This document shows, one piece after another, positions 1-13,701 of a DNA stretch of 64,000 nucleotides (positions are counted from its first letter, which is position 1; each line of letters starts with the position of its first letter). Under the pieces are notes generated by a model. That model saw only the letters and a list, made by a program, of their open reading frames with translations. It did no database searches and had not been told where the DNA came from. The translations under genes were made by a program, and so were the position numbers. The stretch is from Chrysomallon squamiferum (Eukaryota; Animalia; Mollusca). The stretch covers positions 3,472,001-3,536,000 of the forward strand of contig CM022673.1 in NCBI GenBank assembly GCA_012295275.1. Reading direction: 5' to 3'.

Positions 1-147
1 TTTTACAATAATAAAGTTAAGAGTACTGGTATTTTGTTATATTATTTCTGATGTTTTTTGTTTTGTAAGAAATACTTATTTCCATATTTATTTATTTGAT
101 TACTTATTTATTTATTTATTTATTTATTTATTATTATTATTATTATG

Positions 148-191
<44 letters not shown>

Positions 192-249
192 ACTTCAAAA
201 ATCAAATTTACTTGTTTAAAACAATTGTTTTTTCTTCTTTATCTTATAG

Positions 250-2796
250 GTAAAACAACCTTAATGGATGGCCTGCTAGGAATCACAGACATAACATCTG
301 ATGACGATATTGCCACCAGTGGTGAAGTCAAGATGATAGGTATGACATTACATACACGTTCCCGTGACACTAGTGACAAAACGACTAACAAGGCAGACGA
401 AATGACCACACAAAGAGTCCCCTCACACACACTTGGTGTTTCAGGTACATCACACCCATCACTTATTAGAACAGAAACAGAATTCATCACAAAAGTTTCA
501 GGTGATGAGAAATCAACAGCCTTGATGCAGTCAGATAAAGCTGCATTATTCACAACAGCAGCAACACCTGATGTTCAAGGAACTTCATTTTCTGATTTCA
601 GTGACCAGACTTCAACTGATGGAGTGACATATGTTACTCTGAGACAAAATACAACAGAGTTAATTTCAGATGTCACTGAGGATCTGTTTGACTGGCAGGT
701 AAATGGAACTGAAAATACAGATCTAACTCCAGTATCCATGCCAACAACCAAGCAGACAATATCAGACAAAAGTGAGACCATGCCTTTAGAAACAAAAATA
801 TTAGAAACATATGTTTCTGAGAATTTTACAACTGTGTCACCAGATTTAAGAGACAAGCTTTCATATAGCACAGAAGTATTTACTCAGGCTTCTAATTTAA
901 GTGATGTAAGTACCATGGAAACTGGGATCATTAACATTACTATGGATAACACAAATGATGATATTACTGAGAGCACAACAGAGTCAATGTTTTCAGATAC
1001 TGCCAGTAATGATAGCAAGACTGATGAAGTTACATCTCTGGCAACAACAGAAACACTGATATCAGAGGACAACCCAACTGCCACAATTTTTTCAGATACA
1101 GCTGCTGATAACATCACATTATATTATACAGCAAGTGTTAATGATTCATTAATGACTGATAGTACAACTACAGTAGATATAACATCACTGAGTAATGATT
1201 CAAGTAGTGAAAGTTTATCATCCATATCGGTGTTTACCAACACAACAGAATCAACAGTAGAAAGTGTGACAGAGAAACAAACAGGTACAGTTACATCAAC
1301 AGATATTTTTGACAATATATCAGATTCACCTGCAATTAATGCCACCACTGAAGATACGGAAACCACAGAATATAGTACAAGCACTGAGAATATCACAACT
1401 ATTGAATCTAAAAGTATAGGATTTTCAAATGTAACTGGAGATGCCTCAACATCTTTTAATCATAACGATACACTGATAACTGAAATTCCCAGTACAGAAA
1501 CGATATCAGGCACAACTGGAGAGCTGAGTACTTCATCTCTAGAAAGTGTGACAGATAATCAAACAGGTGCAGTAACATCAACAGAAAGTTTTGCCAATAT
1601 AACAGATTCACCTGCAATTAATGCCACCACTGAGAATATCACAACTATTGAACCTAAAAGTATAGAATTTTCAAATGTAACTGGAGATGCCTCAACATCT
1701 TTTGATCATAATGATACACTGATAACTGAAATTCCCAGTACAGAAATGATATCAGACACAACTGGAGAGCTGAGTACTTCATCTCTAGAAAGTGTGACAG
1801 ATAATCAAACAGGTGCAGTAACATCAACAGAAAGTTTTGCCAATAAAACAGATTCACCTGCAATTAATGCCACCACTGAAGATACAGAAACTACAGAGGA
1901 TAGTACAAGCACAGAGAATAGCACAACTACTGTATCTACTGAGACAAAAAGTATAGAATTTTCAAATGTAACTGGAGATGCCTCAGCATCTTTTGATCAT
2001 AATGATACACTGATAACTGAAATTCCCAGTACAGAAATGATGTCAGAGACAGCTGGAGAGCTCACTACTTCATCTCTAGAGTCTGGTAGTGGTAGTTTTT
2101 CTTATTTATCTGCAGCCAATACAGTCAAACCACTAACTTCTGATATCACCCAGGATATGGCTTCTTCATTGGAATCTGATGTTACCACTACAACTGAAAC
2201 TACAAACACATCATCAGCATTAGAAACAGGTACTGATGATATGATTTCTGATACAGTTTCAGGCTTCCAAACATCTTCAGGTGATGAGTCAAATGTGACA
2301 CCTTTGTTTGTAGACACAACATACTCGGAAGCTTCAGGTGAACCCAGTAGTAATAGGTTTACAGCTTTGCCTGCATCAGAACTGGGAATATCAGATGAAA
2401 TAACCTCTTCTAGAGAAGATATTACATCAGCTGGAGTTGGGATAACTTCATCTGGTGGTGGTATTCCATCATCTTTGGTTGGAATTACAGCATCTGAAAG
2501 TATTTCAACATCTGGGGATGAGATTACATCATCTGGCAGCAGTATTTCAACATCTGTTTTTGGGATGACATCAGGAAAGGAATCAGTTAGTGGTGATATT
2601 ACAACTGTCAGTTTAGAATCTGTCAGTAGGAATAAAGGATCAAGTGGAGGAATGGAAACTCAGACAGTACCAATTACCACTAAATATATTTCCACACAGG
2701 ATGCTATATCTCAGTCTGGAAGTGCTGATGTATCACCTACTATCCCAAGCTCTTCAGAGGATTCAAGAATCACAACTACGAGAAAAGAGGCGACAG
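250..2796 (+). CDS. Large internal exon of a mucin/proteoglycan-like Ser/Thr/Asp/Glu-rich protein (5' part of gene lies upstream of the window)
   Basis: Open frame of 2547 nt bounded by acceptor ttcttttatcttatag|G (exon starts 250, phase 1) and donor ACAG|gtatc (ends 2796, phase 1). Product is S/T-rich and acidic, with many N-x-S/T sequons and Ser-Gly dipeptides. The ORF-track extensions (96-249, 2797-3083) are intronic microsatellite/AT-rich read-through. Confidence 0.85.
1260..2078 (+). repeat. Three in-frame coding tandem repeats (282, 246, 291 bp) in the mucin-like exon
   Basis: Units start with GAAAGTGTGACAGA at 1260, 1542 and 1788 and encode ESVT(D/E)xQTGxVTST...TDSPAINATTE...FSNVTGDAS...NDTLITEIPSTE...GELxTSSL. 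All length differences are multiples of 3. Confidence 0.92.
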
Positions 2797-3759
2797 GTAT
2801 CATTTTCAAAGCAAAACATTTTCAACCTGCTTCTAAAGCTTGTTATAGATATTATATATATAACTGTCAACAACAGCAAACACATAGTATACATTTTCAG
2901 CATCACAAAAACAAAACAAAAATATTGTACAGGTTTTTTATCATTTGGTTTTTAAGTATTATTTATTTTCCTATGCTTGGCTGCCTCTTATTTAAATATA
3001 TATGCTTATCCCTTGAAAGAATTTTATCTGTGATAGAATTTTATATTACGTGTTTTTTGTATAGGTCTGTTACTTGTGCCTGAGTGTATTTGTCATTTAT
3101 CATGTGTTTGAACGATCATTCATAATCTCATTTATCATTACATATATCATTTGTATTTGGAATAAAAAATGTATTATGTTACCATAGTTTAGAATCTTCA
3201 TTACCTGATTCATTAAATATCAAAATAGAGTTTATGAAAAAAATATATATATCAAAGATTAAATTTAGGCTGAGTTTTTTGGTGCATGTTTTTCTTTTTT
3301 TCACACTTTTTTTTTTTTTTTTTTTTTTTTTTCATAAAATATATAGGCATGAATTACAAATTGTTGCAAATACTGAAATGCTTAATATGTTTTGACAAGA
3401 CTGTGGTTTGATTTTTAGTACACGTTTCCTGTAATTATTATTGTTCTGTTAACATTTATTCAGTAATTAAAATTCAATACAAAATGAATGGATATTAACA
3501 AATTTAAAACAGTAAAGTTCTTTAATGTAAAACAGCACAAAAATGTTCGCTATTCTGTCTTGAATAGGGATCACAATGAACCAAGTCCTTGAAATATTGA
3601 AAAATAAACCATAAAATATATTATTCAATTTAAATTTCTTACTAACATTTACAGGATGTGTGGGATTTTTTTATTTGTTTTTAGTTCTATTTTTCTTGTT
3701 TTATTTCTTTTTCTAAAATATTTGTAAGTTAAGCTATTTTAAAAGTTTTGGTTTTTCAG

Positions 3760-5075
3760 GATTTGATGCTTCTGGTGATACAGTTGGCACACAAGATGTT
3801 TTCTCAGAATCTGGATTCATTACTCTTGCTACAAAACCGACAGTAAAACTAACCACAGAAGAATCTAGTGGAACTGTGAGTGGAGATTTTGTAACACCAT
3901 TGTTATCAAATGACACTAAGTACACAGCATCAGGAGATGAATCTGGATCAGGTGCAACTGGTGACATCATAACTCCATTTTCAGTAAAGACTGACAATGT
4001 CGAAACAGCAGCAACATTCACAACAATAGAACCTCTAAAAAGAACAAAAGCTTGGGAAAGGAAAACCATTTCAACATCTATGCCAGTAACTGATACAAGT
4101 TTGTTATTTGATACCTCTACTGCTCCAGTGGATCACACTAAACAAGCTGGTGACATAAGTACCAGCTTGGAATCAGCTCTCACTTGGATATATGATACAT
4201 TGTCCACCATTTCTCCTGATCCTCAAGTGGAAGATGATACCACATCATCTTGGCTTGGAACTACTCTTTCAAGTATTTTCACTACAGGTGAGTCCACAGA
4301 TTCTGATGAGACTCAACAGACTTCAGATACTTTGCCCTCACCTTTCACTAAAAGTGAATCTTCCAGCACAACAACAGCCGATCACTCAGAGACACAGACA
4401 GAGAATACTACTCCAGAAACATCTGTAACAAAACCAAACTCTCCTTACAGTGTATCCATATTGGTGACAAGGATAAGAAATCCAACACGAGTGAGTGATT
4501 ACTACTCACGTTACAGAAGTTACACTTCAGCAGCAGGTATTCAAACTACTGCAGTGTATCCAACAAAACAATACACTAAACCTTACAGACTGATAACGCG
4601 TGTCACTGTCCGCAAACCACGACCAAGGCAAACCACTCTGGTAGTGTATCCAAAAAATGGAGCTCAGTCTAATGACACTGGGGTAAAAGTAACTGTCACA
4701 GTGATCAGGGCTGTGAAAAATATTGCGAGGATAGGCAAAGATGTCATACGAAGGACAAACGAAATGGCTAGAGATCTTCTGAGAGCTACACTGACCAAAT
4801 TGGCAAATCTATGGCAGAGATGTGTCCGAGGTGCAGCCAGAGTGGTTTACGTCCCATACAAAAAAGGGATGCAGATATTTAGAACAAAGCTCAGTATTGC
4901 TTACAGGCACATACGGAAAGCATACGACTATGGAAGGAAAGTTTTGGGTTACTATTATAATTATGTCAAGACAAAAACTGTAAATTACTATACCTACCTG
5001 ACTGCATACTTCACGGCATATTATAAATATTATCAAAATTATTTCAGGAAAAACTTTTTCAGTTTCTTTGGTTAA
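3760..5075 (+). CDS. Terminal exon of the same mucin-like protein: S/T-rich region followed by a basic, Tyr-rich C-terminal domain
   Basis: Acceptor ggtttttcag|GA at 3760 is phase 1, matching the 2796 donor (...EAT-G-FDASGDTVG...). Frame is open to TAA at 5073-5075. The two exons together encode about 1287 aa. Confidence 0.85.
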
Positions 5076-8000
5076 TTATTTTTTATTGTTATTATTATTT
5101 TGTTTGCTAACTATTAAAAAAATAAGATGGATATACATAAATTGTGCCAGGAATTCTTTTACCCTTTTTAGTTTGTTTTAATTTAATTTTTATTTTACTA
5201 TTTAGAGAGGGTTGTCACTTTGTTCTTTTGGGGAAATTTTGTTTACTTTTATAAATGTATCCATTGTTATGTATATCTTTTATGTCAAACTATTTTTGAA
5301 ATTTTATCCCAGGTTTGGCGTATCTTATATTTATGGTATGAGTATGTGTTTCATTACACAACAATACAATAACTATATTAATAACTAAGATGTGTTTTGT
5401 AATAAGTTTTTCAGACACATCCTCTGATCTAATTACTGAAATTTTGTGTTTTTAATGAAAATGTTGATAAATCCAAAGATGCCAAAATAATTTAGACATC
5501 AAAACAAGTCTCATTAGCTTCTTTATGCAGTTTATATTTAGATTATGATAAAACATTGCTGTTTAATTCCTTTCTTTCAATTTAAATAGTATAATTTGTA
5601 GATTATTAGATGAATTATATTATAACTTGTAGTTTAAACTTTGCACTTGGTAGAAGTTAAAACATACTATGCACATGAGAAATAATTTTAAAAACTCAAG
5701 TATTTTTATTTATTTTTAAAAAGTTCTGTAAATCATTAATAAAAAAAATTTGGATTTGTAATTATTTTGTTATAGTATTTCACCATGTCATATATTCTGT
5801 ATATACGTTTAATGGATATAACTACCTCTAAAAATCAGAATACATTGCATATATGTAAAAATATATATATGTGAAATTGAAGCATGTAAGATTTTTAATA
5901 TGAAATATAACTGAAAATTAAAATTAATATCGTCTGTACTTAAATATTTTTTTCAGATTTATGAGCACTTAAGCAAACTACTTGTAATTTATGATTCTCT
6001 GCAGGTCAGAAGATTCACTTTTACTGTTTAAAATGCATTGTATAAAATATTCTCATAATATGAAGATATTCTTTTTTAGTTTAGAAATTTACAAGTAACT
6101 TTCATAATTGTGAGTAAAGCTTTAACTCCAAACATTTGAACTTATTGTTTGTTGTTAGTATCCAGAGTGGTGCTTGGGTATTTGGTTATGACAGTTGATT
6201 GTAAAATAAATCTGGCTAAATATCATTTCTGTTTAAATATAAATGTGGAAGCAGATTTATTTGACAGTCTAGGTAAATGCTTGAATATACAGATACAAAA
6301 TATTTTTTTTTCTTTCTTTTTTCAGCTTTAATGAAATTTGTGTTATAAAAAAAATGCTGGTGACAATATATTTATTGATGGCTGATGACAATTTCAGGAA
6401 TGTCTTTTCTTATTTTTAGTGTTTTATTTATCCAATTGTAGGTGTTCATTCAAAAATTATTTCTGATATGTATCTGCAACTAAATTTTTTTTCAAAACAC
6501 CAGCATTCAATTTTTTGTAATCTTTTTATATATTCGTTATAAACAAATTTAAAATCCACAATACAAAAACAGTATAGTAACATAATGACAACCATAACAA
6601 ATTAAAAAACAGAATTTAATTCCAAGTAAATAGTCTGATAACATGATGTTATGTAATGTAGTAAAAATTAATATAATAAAGATTTTCTTTCCATTTGCAA
6701 CAATCAGCCAGTGATAACAAAACATGTTTGGTTTTCATCTTATTCCTTTCAGTATTCTAATATAATCTCTTTTCTACAACAAAACACAAAGACCCTGGGT
6801 ATGCCAGTTAAATGAAATATAAAACTTCTCCTTCATTATCAGTAAATATTCCTATCTTTTGATCACCTTTTTACATTTTTGGCTGAACATCATAAAAAGT
6901 AATCTGTGAGAAATGTCTTCAAATCTTGGACTATAGTTAAGCAATAATGATATAGTTTCTCTTAACCAAATTGTTAAATGTCATGTCTGAACATACTGAA
7001 GGACCAGATATATCTATCAGTTGTTGAATTTGTCATGGAAGTACTTCTATAAACAAATAACAAACCATTATGTGTATAGACTTTGCAGTCACTCTGTGTA
7101 TAACTATATTTACAATTATTCTAATTACTGATAATAAATAGCTCAAATATTTCAATACAAAACAAACTTATAAATAATTGTTAACTTGTGCTTAACAGAT
7201 TAAATTGATTTACAATAAAAATACTTTATAAAATGAAGCATTTCATTATCATAAATTATAGTGTGTTTTACACTTGTAATATGCCTATAAAATATATCTT
7301 GCTACTTAATGCGTATAGATACATAGAAGTGTTTTTTCCTGAAATATATTTTCACTGCAGAAAGTAATTTATTTTGAAACACAAAATATATATATATTAA
7401 TAAATATGATTTTTTTTTTTTTTTTTAAATTGATTTAAAATAATTATGCCAGCATAAGTGTTCTAGTAAAGTACTAATGATTCTTATTTATATAAGAAGT
7501 AAAATTAACTTCATAATAACTAAACAGTGGGCATTGCTACCCTACCCATGTGATTAAGTATTATGGATACATACCACAAAACTTTATTTAGTGAATTTTT
7601 CAAGTGAATCCACTTATTGTCTTCCAAACTGACTAGAATTAAATATCAATCTTTAACAAGTGCTTGAGAGAGATTGGTAACTTATTTTTGTCATGTGTAT
7701 GTTTCAAGTATTTTTATGACAGAAAAGCTACAGCATCACAAGTAATCATATATATTTAAAATATATCTGTGCAAAATTCAGTTTCAGTTATGGACTAACG
7801 TGACATTAATGGAAGACTAAAATATTACTTTAAACAAAAGGTTAAAAAAAAGTTTACACTTAATCAGTACTGCACTAGAAATAAAAGTATTACGTTTCAG
7901 TTTTCACTTTTTACAAATGTATTAAACAAAAAGCATCTTACAAAGAAGTATCAGTATTTCATGATTTGGTTTTAAAATCAAATATTACATTGATGGATTT

Positions 8001-8114
8001 TGTTTCTATACAAATTGGACATTAAGCTCCATGATTTGCATTTCAAATCAAGCACTGGCAAGAAGATACAATGACACAGGTGGGTAACACATTTTAAATA
8101 AAAATTCACTGATG

Positions 8115-9712
8115 TCAAGTTGGTGTGGAATTGTCATTGTCTATGATGTCGAGTGCTTGGTCACTGACACTCTGAGTCATCTGCCCTGCAGACTGTAACT
8201 TGAGTCTTCGCAAAGCTTGTGCTCTCAAAGCTTCATTGAGGCGAGAGGAACCCCACATCCACAGTCCTTCAGGTACCAGGTTAGCCAGCCACATCTGAAA
8301 ACAAGCAACAAAATAAATATAGCTGAAACTGTTATGTCGTCAAACCACAGAGAGTTATAATTAACAGTCTCTAAAATCCTTGTTTTATTGATAACTCTAT
8401 TTTAAAGATACTAAAATCAAACCTAAATTATGATTTATCTTTACTAACTTGAAGTCAGTATATTACTTCATTTTATATAGTTTTACCTGAATTCTTGGCT
8501 TCCAAAAGTTTGATGTAAGTAGAAATGTATCAATAAATATATGCAGTAATGTAAACATATTACAAGGGAAGCAGTGTCAGTATAATACTATCCATTCTGA
8601 CTGGAATTTAAATTTGTTAAGAGTACAGAAGAATGTAATCAAATGACCAAAACACTGGCCATTGAAAATACTGAAGCCTTTAATAACAAAAAACTTCACC
8701 ATGATTGTATGAGGGAAGAATCCACTTGTTCTTGTTGAAACTCCCAGTGTTGCTACAGCACTTCTGGCAAACACACTGGCTGAAGGGATGAAGAAGTTGG
8801 TGCTGGACAATGTCTCACTGTATCTTGTCATCCTAGTGGCAACATAGAACGGCATCAGTGACTGGACAACAACACCTTTGTTCTTGTATTCGTAATACAA
8901 GGCTCTTGCAAAGTAGTCCAGAAAACTCTGAAAATAGCAAATCATTTTTAAATACATTCTCTAGTGTATAAAAATTAATGAATAAATACTTTCAAAAACA
9001 AGAAATTATTTTAAAAATATAATAAAAAATTAATAAAAAATAGATATAGACAGATAATGTTGGGTTTTTTTAAATGTGTGGAAATTACTGGATAAATTTA
9101 TAATTGTATCACTTCAAAATGGTAAATTGTTAATGAAAAAAGATCTATATACATTTGTAACTGACACTTTATCATGAAAAGACAATATCATTCCTTTGAT
9201 ATACTATGAAAGAAAACAAAATGATGCTACTATAAAGATATAATATCATATCTTATTTTAAAAGAGTATTTATGAAGTATTTGTTTTAAGGTATCAGTGA
9301 AGTATTATGTTTATTCGTTTACCTTTGTTGCTGCATATATTGTCATCTGTGGTGTGATTTGGGAACAGGCTCCTGATGAAATCATCACAACAGCTCCTCT
9401 GCCTCTAACAAAACCAAAAAGATGACCTCAATATAAATTAAATATAATGTGATCACATATGTAGAAAGTATGAAAGTAAAGAACAAAATAAGACAACAAT
9501 TGAAAATGGCTTGGAAGGTGAAAGAAAAATGTTTTTGTAATATCAATGTGTTGTAGATATCATTTAAGAAAAATGCCTAGATTGATTTAAAAATTACTCC
9601 AAATACAATGAATTCTCAGTCAGTTTACAGAATGATATAAATAAATTAAGAAATTAAATCAGTATTCATGCATTATAATAATAATAATACTAGTAATTCT
9701 TCTTCTTCTTAC

Positions 9713-9751
<39 letters not shown>

Positions 9752-12700
9752 GATGATCATCATACAGTGCCCTATGTAAGAATAAAATAAAATCACAACT
9801 GGAAGCTTATAAAAGGTATTTAGGTTATTTCTTTGAAGTACCATGTAAACTACTGAAAATATAGTAATAACAAACTGAAACAAGTAAATTTTACCTTTTC
9901 ACCATTTGAGGCAAAAGACCATGAGTCATCTAGAAAACAAAAACTGAATATTAATCAAATAAATAATTAAAATAATAATAATAATAACAGCAATAACAAT
10001 AATAAATAACTATTATAAAAATGATTAATTATTATTCTAAATAATGACACAAGAACAGCATTTGGTGAATCTTTATATCTGTTCATCTCTAAATGTGGAT
10101 GTAAAAAAGCGTATATGTTTAAATATATACCATCAAATCTCTCTATGGCAGCCATTCAGTATAATGGAAAAGTTGCTTTGATAGACAGGGACTGTTATTA
10201 ACAGTTTATAACACATAAATATACTGTAAGATCATAATTACACAGAGATGGCTTCAAAAGCAGGCTTGATTATATATTTTTTTTAATATTAACAAACATT
10301 TAATAATACACAAACAAGGAACAGTAAAGCAAACAGAAAGTAAAAGATAACATTCCAAATGGTTTAAAATCTAATATTTTATTTTATTTTATCAATGCTG
10401 GTGCAAATATTGATCTCGTGGTTTTTGTTTTTCATTTTGTTGTCGATTTAGTACTCAAAGAATCTGTTACACGACTTACCATGGTAGCAGCAGCCACATT
10501 AATGTGAATTATCTGCCACAATCTCTGAAAATAAGGAGATGACATAAATATTGAGTTTACAAGAAACTTTTAAACACTTTTGTGAATTATTTTATTTTTA
10601 TGGAAAGTTAATACAGAAAGTACAATCAGAATTCATGCCAAAACAATAAACATTAAAGGATTATTCACTTACCTACAAAAATTTCTATTTAACAATAAAA
10701 AAATTTCAAAACAATATTAGATATATATATTTCTTTTCGTCTTCTTTTTTTTTTTTTTCATGGATTTCTCACCCAAATAAAAACACCAAAAATGAAGAAA
10801 TTACAGTATCTCTAAATGTAAATTAAGCAGAAATCGTGATATGGTTAAGTATTTAAACAAATACCCAATTCTGCTGTAACTAACCTCTGCAGGTACATCA
10901 AGAAACAACTGAGGGTAATCATACATAACACCGACATTGTTAACTGAAAAATACATTCACATGACAACAAATTAGTTTTCTTTTAATTCTGAAATAAAAA
11001 AAATAAAAAAAACATTAAATATTTTTTCATTTTATTATTTCTCTTTCTGAGGGGATGTGCTGTTTCTTTTGTTATTTGCTCGAATTTCATCACAACCTAA
11101 AATCAACAAAGTCCAATTAATGTGTATGAGTATTGTTTAAATGATAAATACATTCAGATGACAACAAATAGGTTGTTTTAATTCTTTGTTTCTTTCTTTT
11201 CTTCTTTTATTTTTTTTGCAACCCATTATCATCAAAATCCAAATAACATAACACCAACATTTTTAACACATTAATACATTAACATAACAATAGATTAATT
11301 CTTCCAGTTCTGAAAGAGGAATACATTAGTGTTTTTGTTGTTTTTGGTTTTTCTTTACCATCCATTATGCACTAAATGTAAGTAGCATAAAACCAATATT
11401 TTTAACTGATAAATACATTAACATAAGAAGAAATTACTTCTTACAGTGCATTATTCATTAAAAAATAAAATAAAACTGATTTCATGCTTTGTAACATATG
11501 TAACTAATTTTATTAACTTTATTTATATATGCAAAATGTTAAACTGAAAAGTTTTTCTTATAAACAAGCCCTGCAGAATTCTAAAAATAAGGAAAGTATC
11601 TATCTCATATTTCTTTTTAATATATTTTTACCGTTCACATAAAATTTTAATTATAATAGACTCCTATTTTAATTTTATCTTAATTGTTGCCACTGTAGCA
11701 ACATTCCTTTTCAGTTGCTATGTATACAGCCATTACAAATTTTTAACATATAATAATAAATAAAGAAATTGTTTTACATACTGAAAAGTCAACAAGTACA
11801 AAATACTGACTATAAATATTCAAAAAAATAAAAATAATATTTATATGAAGTTATAAAAAATAATAAAATTTAAAAAATATATATATTTAAATTAAATATA
11901 ATCTGAAATAATATGATATTGATAACAAAAGAAAAGTAATTTTAAAAAATGTTGGTTAACAGGCATTTAATTGGATTATTTTTTGTTTTGTGTTGTGTTG
12001 TTTAGTTTTATTTTGTATTGTTTGTTAGATTGGGGGGTTTTTTTGTTTTGTACTCAAATGGATATAGGGATCTTGTAGACAGAAACATAAATATTTTTAA
12101 ATGATAATCAAAGAATATTTATGGTAATCAAAACTTCAGAAAATTAATAAATTCAGTGAAGATTTAAATATTTTATCACTTCTATTTACCTACCGAGGAT
12201 CCCAACTTCTTTGTCACCAATTGCTTTCATAACTTTGGAATAAACCTCTACACCACCACTGAAATCTGCAGCTATACAACATGTCTCCACATTAAACTGT
12301 TCCTCTGAAAATTATATTAAAGAAAGAATATTCTAACTGTTTTACAATAATTACATCAGAAAAAAAAAAAAAAATATATATATATAAAATAAAATAAAAG
12401 GACACACAAACACACTCACACATACATATATTAAACAAATCAGCTATGGGAACATACTTAAGTTATCTATTTATACTCTTTTAATCAGATATACATGTAT
12501 ACTTTGATTTTGAAATACTTATCATAAATATATAAAATTAATAATTAGAAGGGCTGATTTATCAATACATTTTTATTAACTGTGAAATAATTTGACAAAT
12601 ATATATTTTCAAATAACTTAACAGATAACTACAACAATGTACATTTCCTGACTGGAATAAATTTATGCAAAATACCCTTTACAAAAAATAATACACAATA

Positions 12701-13701
12701 CAATTATTGGTTTTGTTTTTATGTTGTTGTTTTTTTGTTTGTTTGGGGAGACATTATGTTGGTTTTTTGTTTGGGTTTGTATATTGGATGGTTTTTTTGT
12801 TGTTTTTTGTTTGATTGTTGTGTATTTTTAATAATAAGACAAATAACCTATTTCTTTTGCAGTCTTGAAGAGTCTTCGTTCACCCCTGCTAATGAGAACA
12901 ATATTTATACCATAACTAGCAAGTTCTTGAGCATATGCTTTTCCTATTCCTTCACTGCTGCCTGTAACCACTAAAATAAAAAATAAAAATTTCATTTGGT
13001 TAAGTTTAGCCTATCTTATTAGTATACTACTACAGACATCAGTAGGATAGAAACTTTTTAAATATTATTTTCTTATTATGTGTTAAAAAAATGTATAAGA
13101 TACTTTGAGAAAATATAAATGAGGGAAATCCATAATATAATTATAATATAACATTAATAACTGGATAATTCAAAAAAATAAATAATAATAAACGTTTAAC
13201 TTTATAAATGGTTTAAGTAATACTTTTGAATATTCTGCATATTTGAAAACTGCTACTATTAATGAATTATGGATTTATATATGAAACGCAACCAAAATAC
13301 AATGTCCTGTTTAAGACTAAGACTAAGAGTATACTTAGTACTATCAGTCTTCTTCTTCTTCTTCTTCTTCTTCTTATTATTATTATTATTAGACACGTCA
13401 CCTTCTTAAAAATACTTTTAAATTATGTTCACAACAAAATTATGTTTGTATTAATTATATAATAATTATTAATTAATAAATTAGTTGTACCTGCCCAGGT
13501 TCCAAATTTCTTTTTCAAGTCGACTCGTTTCCCAATCCTGCACAAGAAGTGATCATTGACAGCAGTCAGCATACATCTGCAGATAGTCAGTGCTTTACTA
13601 CCTGTGTATACTAAGCCTAACAGAGCAAATGCATCTCGAGCAGAGGAGAAAACCTGCAATATTTCTTTCAAGAGGAACTCAAAACTGTCTATAGCCGCCA
13701 T
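8115..13701 (-). CDS. HSDL1: Hydroxysteroid dehydrogenase-like protein 1 (SDR, 17-beta-HSD3/12 family), 9 exons, 357 aa
   Basis: Exons (-): 13701-13491, 12970-12848, 12304-12194, 10943-10885, 10524-10480, 9929-9895, 9404-9323, 8927-8700, 8294-8115. All introns are GT-AG with consistent phases; total 1074 nt. Motifs: N-terminal MAAIDSF (HSDL1-like), [16 protein letters not shown] (TGxxxGxG), ILVNNVG, ISSG, YAATK (YxxxK), [12 protein letters not shown]. Confidence 0.9.
10925..11440 (-). repeat. Degenerate tandem copies of the HSDL1 exon-4 5' end plus its splice acceptor, inside intron 3
   Basis: The native block acataacaccgacattgttaactgaaaaatacattcacatgacaacaaattag (~10925-10975) recurs in diverged form at ~11130, ~11245 and ~11385. 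Confidence 0.65.

Noticed and set aside
96-249. N-terminal extension of the 995-aa ORF (poly-Tyr)
   Set aside because: (TAT)n/(TTTA)n intronic microsatellite upstream of a clear acceptor at 249/250.
239-5036. Antisense and alternate-frame ORFs over the mucin-like exons
   Set aside because: Shadows of the biased-codon sense frame.
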